Shown: one piece after another, positions 41,301-50,788 of the stretch
How the letters are laid out: the number at the start of each line of letters is the position of its first letter
Position numbering within the stretch: position 1 is the first letter of the stretch
Assembly (NCBI GenBank): GCA_000002445.1
Contig: CP000066.1
Coordinates: 1,152,001 to 1,216,000 of the forward strand
Reading direction: 5' to 3'
Origin: Trypanosoma brucei
Taxonomy: Eukaryota
DNA: 64,000 nucleotides
Notes under the pieces: model-generated
The model's input: only the letters and a program-made list of their open reading frames with translations
What the model was told of the DNA's origin: nothing
The model's database searches: none
Program-made: the position numbers and the translations under genes

Positions 41301-42483
41301 GGATGAAGTCACACGGGGCAAATGACACGATTTTGCGGTGGTTATAGTTAACCTTCGGGTAAAGCGCCACCTCTTGATTTGGATCGTGGAAGAAACAGCT
41401 GTTAAAGTCGATACCCGTATCGGCTACCCCTATTATCTCACCACTACCGTCAATACCAGCATCCCACAAGGGCCTTGAAGGATGATCCTCACTCTGTCTA
41501 CTTTGCTGTAAAAGGGCAGTGGCATGATAGTTGTGCATTTGCGCCTGCTCTACTGCAATTTCCATCCAGCGCACCGCCTGATGGCCAACCACCGCGTCAA
41601 GGAGTGGTGCACAAGCGCACATAAGCGTGATCTTCTGCCCAGTGACCGGCCCATCCCCCGAATCAGTTGAGGCGCGGGTAAGCGACCACCGTACAATCCC
41701 TTTACCAGAAACTAATGATGTCACCTCCCACTTGCAACCCGAAACTTCGTCTAACGACACTCCCCGCAGCGCCTCCTCCACAACGTGCTCTCGATTAGGA
41801 GCAGTGCGGGTATTAAGCGAGACTCGCATCTGGTTCTTTTCTGAGGTAACCTGGTTCTTATTTCCGCACTCAACCAATGCACCGCGGATCACGCGTGACA
41901 GTTTCATGCGGGCCACACCTGGAGAAGAGAAAATATCCAATACTGACATGGAGGTTAGTGACGCCGCGGCGCCACTAGCTTCAAAGGCGGAAAGGATCCG
42001 TGCGGAACGCTCGGAATCCATATAAACTAGCATATGCATGTCGTCAATGTGATGTGCGTCACCTAAACTGTGTTCCGCCAGCGCCTGTCGGGCTATCCGG
42101 CGCTCATGGTGACGCAGCTTATCAAACCGAGCCACAACGTATCGACCGTCATGTGGTACCAAGGAAGACCGATGATCCGCCGTCTGTCCTATCATTCCTT
42201 CAATAGGCAAATGCATACTGGCGCGCGTTCCGACATAAGATTTTACCGTGCGACTCGTTGTGTTGCCAGTTGGTCGACGCTGCCTTACGAACCAGTGAAG
42301 CGGAACTTCGTGTTTTCTTGTCCACTCTGAGTGGAGCCACTTCTGCAGTGGTGAACGTTTTTTATGATTCCTCCCCTCCGCTGCTGTTTTTACCGAGGCG
42401 CACAAGGCGGGACGACAGAGAGTCACATAGAGTACAACGGTGATGAGTGAGAGCAGTCGCAGATGGTTTTGACTGGACGACAT
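38317..42483 (-). CDS. Subtilisin-like serine peptidase (S8 family), type-I membrane protein with a C-terminal extension of EGF-like repeats, a CUB-like domain and a TM anchor
   Basis: The track start is GTG; the first ATG at 42483 gives the signal peptide MSSSQNHLRLLSLITVVLYVTLCRPALCA. The S8 catalytic triad motifs are present: VADTGID (Asp), HGTHVAGTAAG (His), GSSMATAAVAGAATL (Ser). Downstream there are Cys-rich EGF-like repeats (CPNGCSGHGTCNSGTCRCNEGY..., CKKGWYGPSC..CKCSGRGECDENSGECKC), a CUB-like beta-sandwich segment (FCRWIVEAPRGYRIKLVYEKFNV...GFKIRYSF), one TM (IGILFVVSILLISLLVVAAGLVMYKL) and a cytosolic tail. Confidence 0.8.
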   Translation of the reverse strand: MSSSQNHLRLLSLITVVLYVTLCRPALCASVKTAAEGRNHKKRSPLQKWLHSEWTRKHEVPLHWFVRQRRPTGNTTSRTVKSYVGTRASMHLPIEGMIGQTADHRSSLVPHDGRYVVARFDKLRHHERRIARQALAEHSLGDAHHIDDMHMLVYMDSERSARILSAFEASGAAASLTSMSVLDIFSSPGVARMKLSRVIRGALVECGNKNQVTSEKNQMRVSLNTRTAPNREHVVEEALRGVSLDEVSGCKWEVTSLVSGKGIVRWSLTRASTDSGDGPVTGQKITLMCACAPLLDAVVGHQAVRWMEIAVEQAQMHNYHATALLQQSRQSEDHPSRPLWDAGIDGSGEIIGVADTGIDFNSCFFHDPNQEVALYPKVNYNHRKIVSFAPCDFIRGDYFAGDEEIGHGTHVAGTAAGSVISNDGNAKYNGVAKGAKIFFRGLGCPSQSELVLPHDVTQIIRPGYGAGARVFSNSWGFVAPSEYSAVEKDMDEFASSYDDALLIFSTGNSIQDGLMTPCRGKNVMCVGSHKNVFDASKDIVSSFSSHGPTYDGRMKPDLVGPGEEVVSALSSGKASAKQCKVVAKRGSSMATAAVAGAATLLRQYVRRLNRTASPSAALLKALMVHSTVPLSNSTVSGFGRLDLSLFFSPTGTRGWFRDREDISHHGTNVYCFKKKADQTDSQRSVRVSLAWTDRGVALEGARKSLVNDLDLFVTDSKGTIYHAGGEKRRDSSNVVERIQLMSTSDMDNGFRVVVFGASIPDNKTQPYAVVVSAEGFEHVRNCEEVSHTCPNGCSGHGTCNSGTCRCNEGYRFIDCSVCDAESVCHGQGTCTSPESGCECISENFADASCSSCKKGWYGPSCLSDCKCSGRGECDENSGECKCRADTRVGGEGCFTGPNCEYCCPNFHGELCNERSHWCAEDGFPTLVTAPSEGYIEINGFGKYAPVTFCRWIVEAPRGYRIKLVYEKFNVDKPSDALHVTDLGHDESAPVRTDTGDTAQGAVFLSHSNVVLLHFTSGWSRRREGFKIRYSFVEPNDPSCTFNCVEGASCSDLGGGFCMCHVNNTGWMCENAPTEETKAESITVDLNNLNNVTRFNVSVNAESSILFTNVNGSAPHLNVHMHFEDGLHRVPSNGLGLVVRLLHKTSVDTGNYRNGTIRGDSIVSVLSEEKVEMGPTCRYLRMTIGRSLLIGESTAQVFMTLVHNASSQNKVQDVPSFRLAVYPEQGRPGAQVLFSEFADELSMVESSHRQQFFLYCRKFMASGIPPLGFEGDVNETGIGFQDVARTIGILFVVSILLISLLVVAAGLVMYKLRRNTPDSSLETSASGQALMSGTGYSAAGDTEVIVEKGKGAQTHQRGCEGVMRSENREGSSENTYIGREEYIEMERLP

Positions 42484-43174
42484 GAACACGGACCGTGCGA
42501 AATGAACTTCTTTTCCTTTTCGGCTTTATCGAATTTGTTTTCTTTTTTTTTTTTGCTCCCCTTTTCCTCCCCCTTTAACTTTGTCTCTTTAATCCTTTTC
42601 ACTCTGATCACTGAATCAAGGCTACACAGAGTATAGGGTACTTCCGACTACGAGAAAAAAACGACACTAATACTGATTTATTGGAGAATGCCTCTTTCTT
42701 TTTTCTTTTGAGATGTCCTAATGAGCAACAACGACAACAACAAAATATTTCGCTTTCGCCTTTGTTGTTATCCCTGAAAAGGAGGGAACCTCTTTCTTTT
42801 TTCTTGTATTTACGTGTGGTCTTCCCTTTCCCTCTCCTTCACTCAGCTCAAACCTATACTAGGTGAGCCAACGCCACCCAACACTACCGTAATATACCAC
42901 TAAGCACTCAGCGATTGGTGAGAACTACTACACACACACACACATACATACATACATAACAGAGGTTGAACAAAGAAAAAAGGAAGAAGGGAAGAAGTTA
43001 AAAAGCCCCCATCGAAGGAAATCAGCGATATGCGACAGTAAAAAAGATTAAAAAAAAACAACGTGCACACACGTGGTTCCCTCTGAGTGTCATCCGTAAA
43101 TCGACCAAGTTTTTGACTGCGTGACATATTTGCATCAGCGTGTCCTCTCATCATCACGCGTCTGCCTGCGATAA

Positions 43175-43777
43175 TCAATTTGTCGCCCCACCCTCTTCTA
43201 CTAACAACTTACTTACGAGTTCCTGCAGCTTCTGCTCGCTCGCCCCTTCCAAGTGACCAATAATGCGACCACAGCGATATGCCACAAATGTGGGAACGCT
43301 GCGTATATCGTGTAACGCACTAATTACCGGATTCTCATCCGTGTCTACTGAAATAATGCGTACGCCACGAGTGACGCCCTCCCGCAGCACACCGAGTGCC
43401 TCAGGAGAAACCGCGACATCCGCAAATGTAATCCCCAACAATCTCAGCAACCTTTGCGTTAGTCCTAACGTATCCTCTTGTGAACAAGCGTGTGATGAGC
43501 TACATTGGGGAATGGAAGAGGAAACGACGCCCTGTTCCTTCTCCGTTTCCATTTCTTCTAACGCCCGCGTGATGGATATGCACGGCTTACACCGATTGGT
43601 GTGGAAGTACACTAAAACAGCTGCATCAGCGTTTACATGATCGGTGAATATCCTCAGCTGCCCGCTCAAGCAGGCACCGCTCCGCCGTAGCGCATAACCT
43701 CGTATAGCTTCTTGCCGTAACCGACTAACATTTAAAATAGACGTGACGTAACGGCGGAGGCCCACGGTAGCAGACAT
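43175..43777 (-). CDS. Thioredoxin-fold protein with a non-canonical CKPC active site and a roughly 50-aa insertion; probable N-terminal organellar presequence
   Basis: True ATG (atgtctgctaccgtg). The N-terminus is MSATVGLRRYVTSILNVSRLRQEAIRGYALRRSG, basic and free of acidic residues. VLVYFHTNRCKPCISITRALEEM corresponds to the thioredoxin ...WCGPC... strand-helix. SVDTDENPVISALHDIRSVPTFVAYRCGRIIGHLEGASEQKLQELV corresponds to the C-terminal half of the fold. Confidence 0.55.
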   Translation of the reverse strand: MSATVGLRRYVTSILNVSRLRQEAIRGYALRRSGACLSGQLRIFTDHVNADAAVLVYFHTNRCKPCISITRALEEMETEKEQGVVSSSIPQCSSSHACSQEDTLGLTQRLLRLLGITFADVAVSPEALGVLREGVTRGVRIISVDTDENPVISALHDIRSVPTFVAYRCGRIIGHLEGASEQKLQELVSKLLVEEGGATN

Positions 43778-44060
43778 GTATTAAAACTCCTCACGGGAGG
43801 CACAAGCGGTAGACTTCTGAGGTTATGGGTGCGCTTCCATGCAGCAGTGGAGGGGGCGAATAAAAAGAGGCAAAAACAAGTGCTCAAAGGAAACAACAGG
43901 AGAAAAAACAAACACGTGACGGGGGGAATACGACCGACAACCAAGTGAAGACAGCGATGTTAAGGCACTAGGCCGGAATAAGGGAAGTTCCGCCGTCACA
44001 ATTACAATTCGGAGAAAAGTTCACACCGCGAATGGGTAAACAATTGTTTATGCGAGGCGC

Positions 44061-44083
44061 GGGGGGGGGAAAGGGGGGGGGGG
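44061..44083 (+). repeat. G9-AAA-G11 homopolymer pair (G-quadruplex-capable)
   Basis: ggggggggg aaa ggggggggggg sits in the spacer between the thioredoxin-like gene and the 252-aa ORF. Shorter G/C runs occur at 21172-21181 and 23511-23521. Confidence 0.8.
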
Positions 44084-44903
44084 CATTTATCCTAAAAAAA
44101 AATGAACATCAGAGAAAAAACGAAGGACTGACACAGGAGGGCTGGCAAACGAAGAAAAAAAACAGAAAAGTTAAAGGGATTGTCTCCCCCATCCGTTTTT
44201 TTCCTACTGCACTCGTGCTCCCTTTCCTAAACAAATCATGCGCATTGGGCAAAAGGAACAAACAAGCACGCCCAAAGACAAACACAGATGCATACATACA
44301 ATTGAAAGAAAAGAAAACATATAAAAGGGTCCCCTTTGGACGCTCCTTAAATCACCCTGAGAGGCAAATGCACACTACTCGCTGTAAATATATATATATA
44401 TATATTAATGTATTTATGTATTAATTTACCCATCTACACCAACCCACCCACACACACACATATACACACAGGGAGAAACCCGTTGTCTCACGGACCCAAA
44501 TAAAAATATCACAGACATATATATTTATATACCAATTACATAGTAAATGTGTGACAACAAGATACGGCTCAGCCCTGTTGCATCACCTGTCGCACTCAAA
44601 TAGTAGGCGCATACAAACTGCAGCTGTTGCGCATTGCCCACCTAATCATTAACGGTAACATTCACAGTGGCAAAACGCCGATAAAAAACTGGGAAAGGTA
44701 GGCAAAGGAAAATAATAAAGAAAAAAAGTAATAAGTTTAAATGTCTGAATATGAATATGGGAGGGTAACGATCCTCATACCACACAAGCGGTACCTATTA
44801 TGTGAAAAAAGAAAAGAAAAAAAAAAAACACAAGCGATGCAGCATCTCCAGTTTGTCCGTGCCATTTTCCGAGTGCACCACCACGAGGAACAAAACTCGT
44901 GGA

Positions 44904-45662
44904 TCACGTTGATGTATCATACGGAGGACCCAAAAAAGATGAAACAATATCTTTCCATTCCGACTTCTCGGCCTCCACCAAGCCTGAATCCGTGTGTAAT
45001 AATGTTTGCCATAAACTTGCGATATTGTCCTGTTGCTCCTCCATAAGTGAGGCAGCATCCTCTGTGGGAGTGTCTGTTATGCGTGCTGCATTTATCGTTA
45101 AAACTAATAACATGAGAAGTGCACGGCGGCGCTGATGTCGTCGATCTCCATCATCCTCCGGAGATGCACAATTTTCACCTACCAATCTCCGAATCGCAAG
45201 CAAGAACTCATCAACTTTCGTCTCTACTGAAGTTAGGTCTGCATAGTCATCTGTATCGCAGAAGCTAATGCCTTCTCTACTCTCATCGTAGTCATCTGGT
45301 GGTTGCATTGTTTTATAAAAATCAGCCAACGCCTCTTGCATCATTACTGTGATGTTTGCGATATCCTCGTCATTCTCCACTTCTGCCATTAGACGACGCC
45401 ATTGAACCGCTTTGGATGTGCTACGATATTTCTTCCGCGCGTCGTCCAACTCCTTCTGCAAAAGACCCATCGCCTCCTCCAGCTGGTTAACTTTTTCAGC
45501 TTGTGCCTTACACTGCACCTCCAACGCAGCAATTGCCTCAGGCGTTAAGTCCTCAACCGTTAGTTGCAACATGAAGTAAATTATCAGTAGCGCCCAGGTA
45601 GAAGATAAAATAACGGCAAATACAAGCGGTAGGTTAATTAAAACAGACACGTACGCGCGCAC
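44904..45662 (-). CDS. Hypothetical coiled-coil protein (252 aa if the GTG at 45662 is used; 222 aa from the first ATG at 45572)
   Basis: The track ORF starts at a GTG. The N-terminal 30 aa are hydrophobic and could be a TM segment or signal if translated. The rest is acidic and coiled-coil-like. Start uncertain. Confidence 0.35.
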   Translation of the reverse strand: MRAYVSVLINLPLVFAVILSSTWALLIIYFMLQLTVEDLTPEAIAALEVQCKAQAEKVNQLEEAMGLLQKELDDARKKYRSTSKAVQWRRLMAEVENDEDIANITVMMQEALADFYKTMQPPDDYDESREGISFCDTDDYADLTSVETKVDEFLLAIRRLVGENCASPEDDGDRRHQRRRALLMLLVLTINAARITDTPTEDAASLMEEQQDNIASLWQTLLHTDSGLVEAEKSEWKDIVSSFLGPPYDTST

Positions 45663-46787
45663 ACACAGACCGATTAGCTAAATTCTTTCTTCCTTCAATT
45701 TATACTACGTTATGGCTTGGAAGTTCGACAAACTACTCATTCAGTTGGATAGCAAAAGAAAAAAAAGAAGACCAACAGGAGGGCAACGAAATGCATGTAA
45801 CGATACAAAAGAAAATAAAGAACCAAGCAAAAAAAAAAAACTCGAGCGAAAAAGAAAAACAACTTACTAAAAGTGGCGCCGTCACCTCTCAGAGGCGGGA
45901 GAGAAACGGAGGCACACGTAGACGCGGGCGCACATAAGTGGATATTCGTTTCTAAACATTTAAATATTTGTTAATTTATTTACAATTGAGAGGTGGGTAA
46001 AAAAAAAAAAGAAAGAAAGGAACGATAGACCTTCACGCAGAATGAAGAAATTTTGATGACGAAGACGAATCCTCCCCGTTTGCTCTCGCCCCGCACACAC
46101 ATCAAAAACAAAACAGAAGATCGATCACCTCAATGGCATATGCAACCAAGCGCACGAATTAAGGAGCAGAAAAGAAAAGGGATACGAAAAAGAACGGACG
46201 CGCACGGGTTTAATGCCGCGCAAAGATATAAGCAAACCAAAAAGAAAAAAAAAACAAACGAAAGGACAAACATATTCCTACAAGAAATTTAACTCAATCG
46301 CTTCGCAGGACGGTAAATCATGACGGAGAGGCAAAGAAGTAGAGTAAATGGGAGGCGAAAAGGAAAAGGAAACACTTATTTTCTCTTATCAATAACTTTT
46401 CCCTTTTCCCTCCTCATTAGGTTCGTTTCTCCCGATAGCAAATAGCGGGCAGACGCATATGAGCCTTTGAATAACAAAAGATGATGAGGAAACATGGGAG
46501 ATAAGAAAAAAAAATGAATAAACACACACATACGCATGTACATCTATACATGCATGTACGTGTTTTCACTTTCCTTTTATTTTTACATAAATCCGTGTAT
46601 CTGTTTATTTGCGTATATATATATATATTTGTGTGTGTGTGAGTGGCATTGGCAGAGGGGGAGGGGAGATGATCATTCGTTGCGCAGTAAAATACAAAAA
46701 AAAAAAACAGAGGCAAACCCAAGAAAAAAATAAAAAGCATTCGTGTAAGAAAAAGGGTAAAGCGGAAACAGATGACCACACGGGGAA

Positions 46788-47894
46788 CTACCGCCTGCTA
46801 TTGCGCGACCTCCGATACCGCTCCTTTGCCTCAGCGAAACGTAGCAGTTCCTCCTCCGTCGCTGCACTCAAATCTAATCCTTTCGGAATAATCGTCTTTT
46901 GCCCGATCTCGTTTAGATTAATCAACACAAAAGAGGCACGGTTTGTGGTAACGACATGGCCATCGCGTTCCACCACAAGTTTGACGTCAACCTCCATTGT
47001 TGTGTTGTGAACATAAATAATATCCGCCTCCAACGTTACCCAATCAGTACCAAACACGGGATGATGGAACTCCACATTATGCATGGCAACCGTTGAGATG
47101 TGACGATTGCCCGTGAACATGCGACCGCAATGAACGGCATGTCGCTCCATCCAACGCATCAATTCACCACCAAAGATGGTTCGGTTATTATTCAGGTGGT
47201 AAAGCAAAAAAATGCGATGGGCAGAGGTGCGCGTGGAGGCGATCGGTACGCGAATGGGTTTGGCCGCGTTAACAGTGCATTCCACATCGCTACAAGTTAT
47301 GGATTTCTTCTGCAAATCAGATGATATCTTTTTTGCCTCAGCGGCAATATTGCGTGCAGCCAAGTAGCCATTGTGGTAACTCACATCATTTTCATCGGTA
47401 AGCTCAACCGCGGGAACGGTTTTAACGGCGCGCAAATTTTCATCAATTGCCACCATCGTGAAATAGCTTTCACCCGTGAGAGATTCGGTTATGGTAGATG
47501 GTGATCGTCTGTAGAAGCGGATGTGAATTCCCATGGAACTGCTTCCGCAGTAAATTAAGCGTCCATGCATGCGAACCACATCACCGTGCAGAACAGGGGA
47601 GTAAAATGTTGTGGTACTTACACCCACTGTGCTGCAGCTTACACGCGGCTTCATGGAGCTGAGATAAACTTCCGAAACGCGTTTGGCGCATAAATCCATC
47701 ATTGCCAGTAACTCACCCGCTGCCAGTCGGTTTTCTGACCACAGTTCCTTTCCCACAAGGTCTGTCCAGTCCACACTAGCAACAGGCTTCGTGCCGTTTT
47801 TACTATTGCCTACGACAAGTTGCCGCCGGCTGCTCAAACACCCGCCACATAAAAACGGGATTAAATGCGATGGGGTAAAACAGCGACGCAACAT
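46788..47894 (-). CDS. Acyl-CoA thioesterase with two tandem hotdog (4HBT) domains (BFIT/ACOT-like), probably organellar
   Basis: True ATG (atgttgcgtcgctgt). There are two repeated halves, each with a ...GG.LM..MD..A...A......V.T...D.I.F..P...G... hotdog-core pattern (…GELLAMMDLCAKRVSEVY… and …GGELMRWMERHAVHCGRMFTGNRHISTVAMHNVEFHHPV…). The N-terminus is basic and presequence-like. Confidence 0.55.
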   Translation of the reverse strand: MLRRCFTPSHLIPFLCGGCLSSRRQLVVGNSKNGTKPVASVDWTDLVGKELWSENRLAAGELLAMMDLCAKRVSEVYLSSMKPRVSCSTVGVSTTTFYSPVLHGDVVRMHGRLIYCGSSSMGIHIRFYRRSPSTITESLTGESYFTMVAIDENLRAVKTVPAVELTDENDVSYHNGYLAARNIAAEAKKISSDLQKKSITCSDVECTVNAAKPIRVPIASTRTSAHRIFLLYHLNNNRTIFGGELMRWMERHAVHCGRMFTGNRHISTVAMHNVEFHHPVFGTDWVTLEADIIYVHNTTMEVDVKLVVERDGHVVTTNRASFVLINLNEIGQKTIIPKGLDLSAATEEELLRFAEAKERYRRSRNSRR

Positions 47895-50461
47895 TTAACC
47901 CTTTCCTCCACTTTGGCTTGCTTTCTTTTCCTTTCCTCTTTAAACTCAATTCCTTTCGCCTTACCTGCCCTATTGTTATGACAACTCTGCGGGTACGGAC
48001 GCAACCCTATAGCAGCAATGCACACTACCCGATTGCAAAATATCCAAATTGTTCCCTCTCTGTTTTGTTTCCTTCTATCACTTTCGCTATTCTTAAATAA
48101 CGTTAAGTTCCAAAGCTTATCTCCTTGCCTTTTTTTTTTCCACCTTCCTCTCTCTCTTTCTTTCTCTTTTTCTCTTTGTTGCTTTATTGTCAGCTTCTCT
48201 CCAGTCCTTCTGCTTTGCTTGTGACGCAATACACGATCCGAAATCACAGTCAATTAATTAACAAGAGATGTGGGAAAAAGAAAGAGTAACTTAAGGTACT
48301 GAAGAGTTGAGGTTTGGATCCTGCAGCTCCACAGATTTATACACAAGTGAGGCGACAATGCATTTTTTTTCTTTTTTTTTTTTACGGACGCACGTTCAAC
48401 ACGTGCGCTGCACCCATGAAGCAGACCGTTAAAAGGGAGGGGAGAGGGAGAAACATTTGAAAAAAAAAAGGAAACGAAACACAAAATAAATGTGCATAAA
48501 ATATAAATCTAAACACAAATGGATCATATGTGTTGTACAAATCGTGGTAGTGAATGCACATGTTGACCACTTAATATACTTTATATTCCTTCATTCGATC
48601 CCTTCATATTTCCTTTTTTTTATATTCCTAACCCTTTACCTTCATTTGCCATTTTCATGTTATTCCCAATACTTAACTCTTTGTTGTTTTATTACTTTTT
48701 TTTTTCCTTTTTACTCACCCCCTTTTTTGTTCCTCCCTCTCTAACCTCCTTCATTCGATGCATTTACATTTATTACTTCATACCGCTTTCATCAGTACAT
48801 ACGTTTATTGAACAAATACACATCTGCCACAAGTCTAGATATTACGCAAACACACATCTCTTTTTTTTTCTTTTTATTTTTCTTTTTTTTTCCCCCTCCC
48901 CCCGCTGCACGGCTCAACCATTTCATTTAATAAAAAGAAATTACCTCCACTGGTGAGTGATCAGAAAAGGGGGAAAGATCAAGATAGAGATAAGGAAATA
49001 GAGATAAGGAAATAGGGAAAAAGGAAAAAAAAAGCAAAAGAAAGATTAGAAGGCGGAGAACACAGCTGAAGTGGTGGGGTGCCACCACAAGCGCGGATTT
49101 CTTATTGAGTTTTTTTTTTTAATTTCATCTTTTAAAAGGAACTCGACACTGGAAGAATCACAGCCGCGAGACAGGCACTACACAAAACAAATTAAAACAA
49201 AAACAGCTTGATATATCATTTCACACTGAGCAGAAAATGGCGAGCAGAAATTTTATAAAACAAAAAAAAAAGAGGAAAAGATAAAAAACAACAACAACAA
49301 CAATATAAGGAGACACAAACATGCACTCGCACATACAGAGATTTAAATATATAAATAAATATATATATATATATACGAAAGTGCACATCATTTGTTATAA
49401 TTGTAATTATAATTGTTACTGTAGCGATTGTTACCATCACGATTAAGTGAAAAGAGGGAGCGCCATATCTTCCCTGATATCTTGCTTGACTGCGCTCTCT
49501 GTTATTCTCCTCTTTTTGCTTATGTGTGTGGTTAGGGGTCTTAACTCCTTTATTTTATTTTTCATTCGACTTAAGGTTTGATTTCTTTAGAAGTCCGCTT
49601 CCACCAGGTCACAATCATTTTTTTTTCCTTCGTTATACTTCATATATTTTCCTCATCACTCTGCTTTCCTCGTTTCATCAAATACAGCTCAATAAAAACA
49701 ACAATAATTTTAATATTTATTAACAATACAAGCGTTAAGAATATGATAAATAAAAATGATGGTGATAACAGAACGTGCCGAAATACATACATATATATTA
49801 AAAGGTAAAGGTAAAGATAAATGATATATATATATATATATATTATTTATTGATTTAAAAAAAAAAAACCGACACACACAACCAGTTAGGCGTTACAATT
49901 TCTCTCCTTGCAGGAGTTGGAAACAAAGAAAAAAAAAAAGGGAGCCTGTAGAGAAACAAACAAAACACTGCGCGTGAGGGGAAATAATGACGCTGAACCA
50001 ACTTTTAAAAAAAACGGGTGGAAGAACAACTTCGATGACGGTAATGACATACGGAAGAAAGGGAAAGAGGAGGAGAAAATATTAGCAAAATACGCACGCA
50101 AGAAAAATAATAATAATAATAAAAGGAGAACAACAAGCGAAAAAAAAAAAGACAGCTGATTATTCCATATTGGGAAGCCTGCGGCGAACACCACCCAAAC
50201 TGATACATTTTATCTGTTCTGCAATCCGTTTGGTATTGGAGATGATCGCAAAAGTGGGTTAAGGGGCAAAAACGCAAAAAAAAAAAGAGGAGGGAGGGAA
50301 GGGATGGGCAATAAGCAAATATCACATTTTTGAGAAAGAAAAAAAAACAGGAGCAAACATCAGGGGACGCTTGCACTTGCTTGCCTCTGCTCCGGATGTA
50401 CCCCACCTTCCGTCACACGTCATGTGTGCTCCCCCGCCACACATACACAAAAAAAAGTCAT

Positions 50462-50493
<32 letters not shown>

Positions 50494-50788
50494 GTATATG
50501 TATAGATGAACCCAAGCCCGTGTCAACAAAGTTAATTCCTACCATAAACATCAGTTACGGGTGATGATATATCAATGTCATCATTGCTTTTGCCAGACGA
50601 CACTCTCCCCGCTACCATCGTTAAATGTGTCACTTCATATATATATATATATATATATAAACACGCATACGCATGTGTATACCGCTTTCTACCGCACTGT
50701 TTGCCTCAGCAATGGTTTGTGGACTTCCGGGGAGGGGGTGGTGGTACGAACTCCATCTACAGGGTTTTTTTTAAAAAAAGAAGGAGTC

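Noticed and set aside
48785-48800. Minus-strand CTGATGA resembling a snoRNA box C
   Set aside because: I found no appropriately spaced box D (CTGA) or terminal stem by eye. It is kept only as a pointer within the 47.9-50.8 kb finding.
48490-48956. Plus-strand ORFs 48490..48744 and 48657..48956 (F/L/S/P-rich), and similar ORFs at 17218..17598, 22518..22925, 37101..37475, 49886..50406
   Set aside because: They are translations of polypyrimidine/polypurine intergenic tracts. They are extreme low complexity with no start context and sit on spacer DNA.
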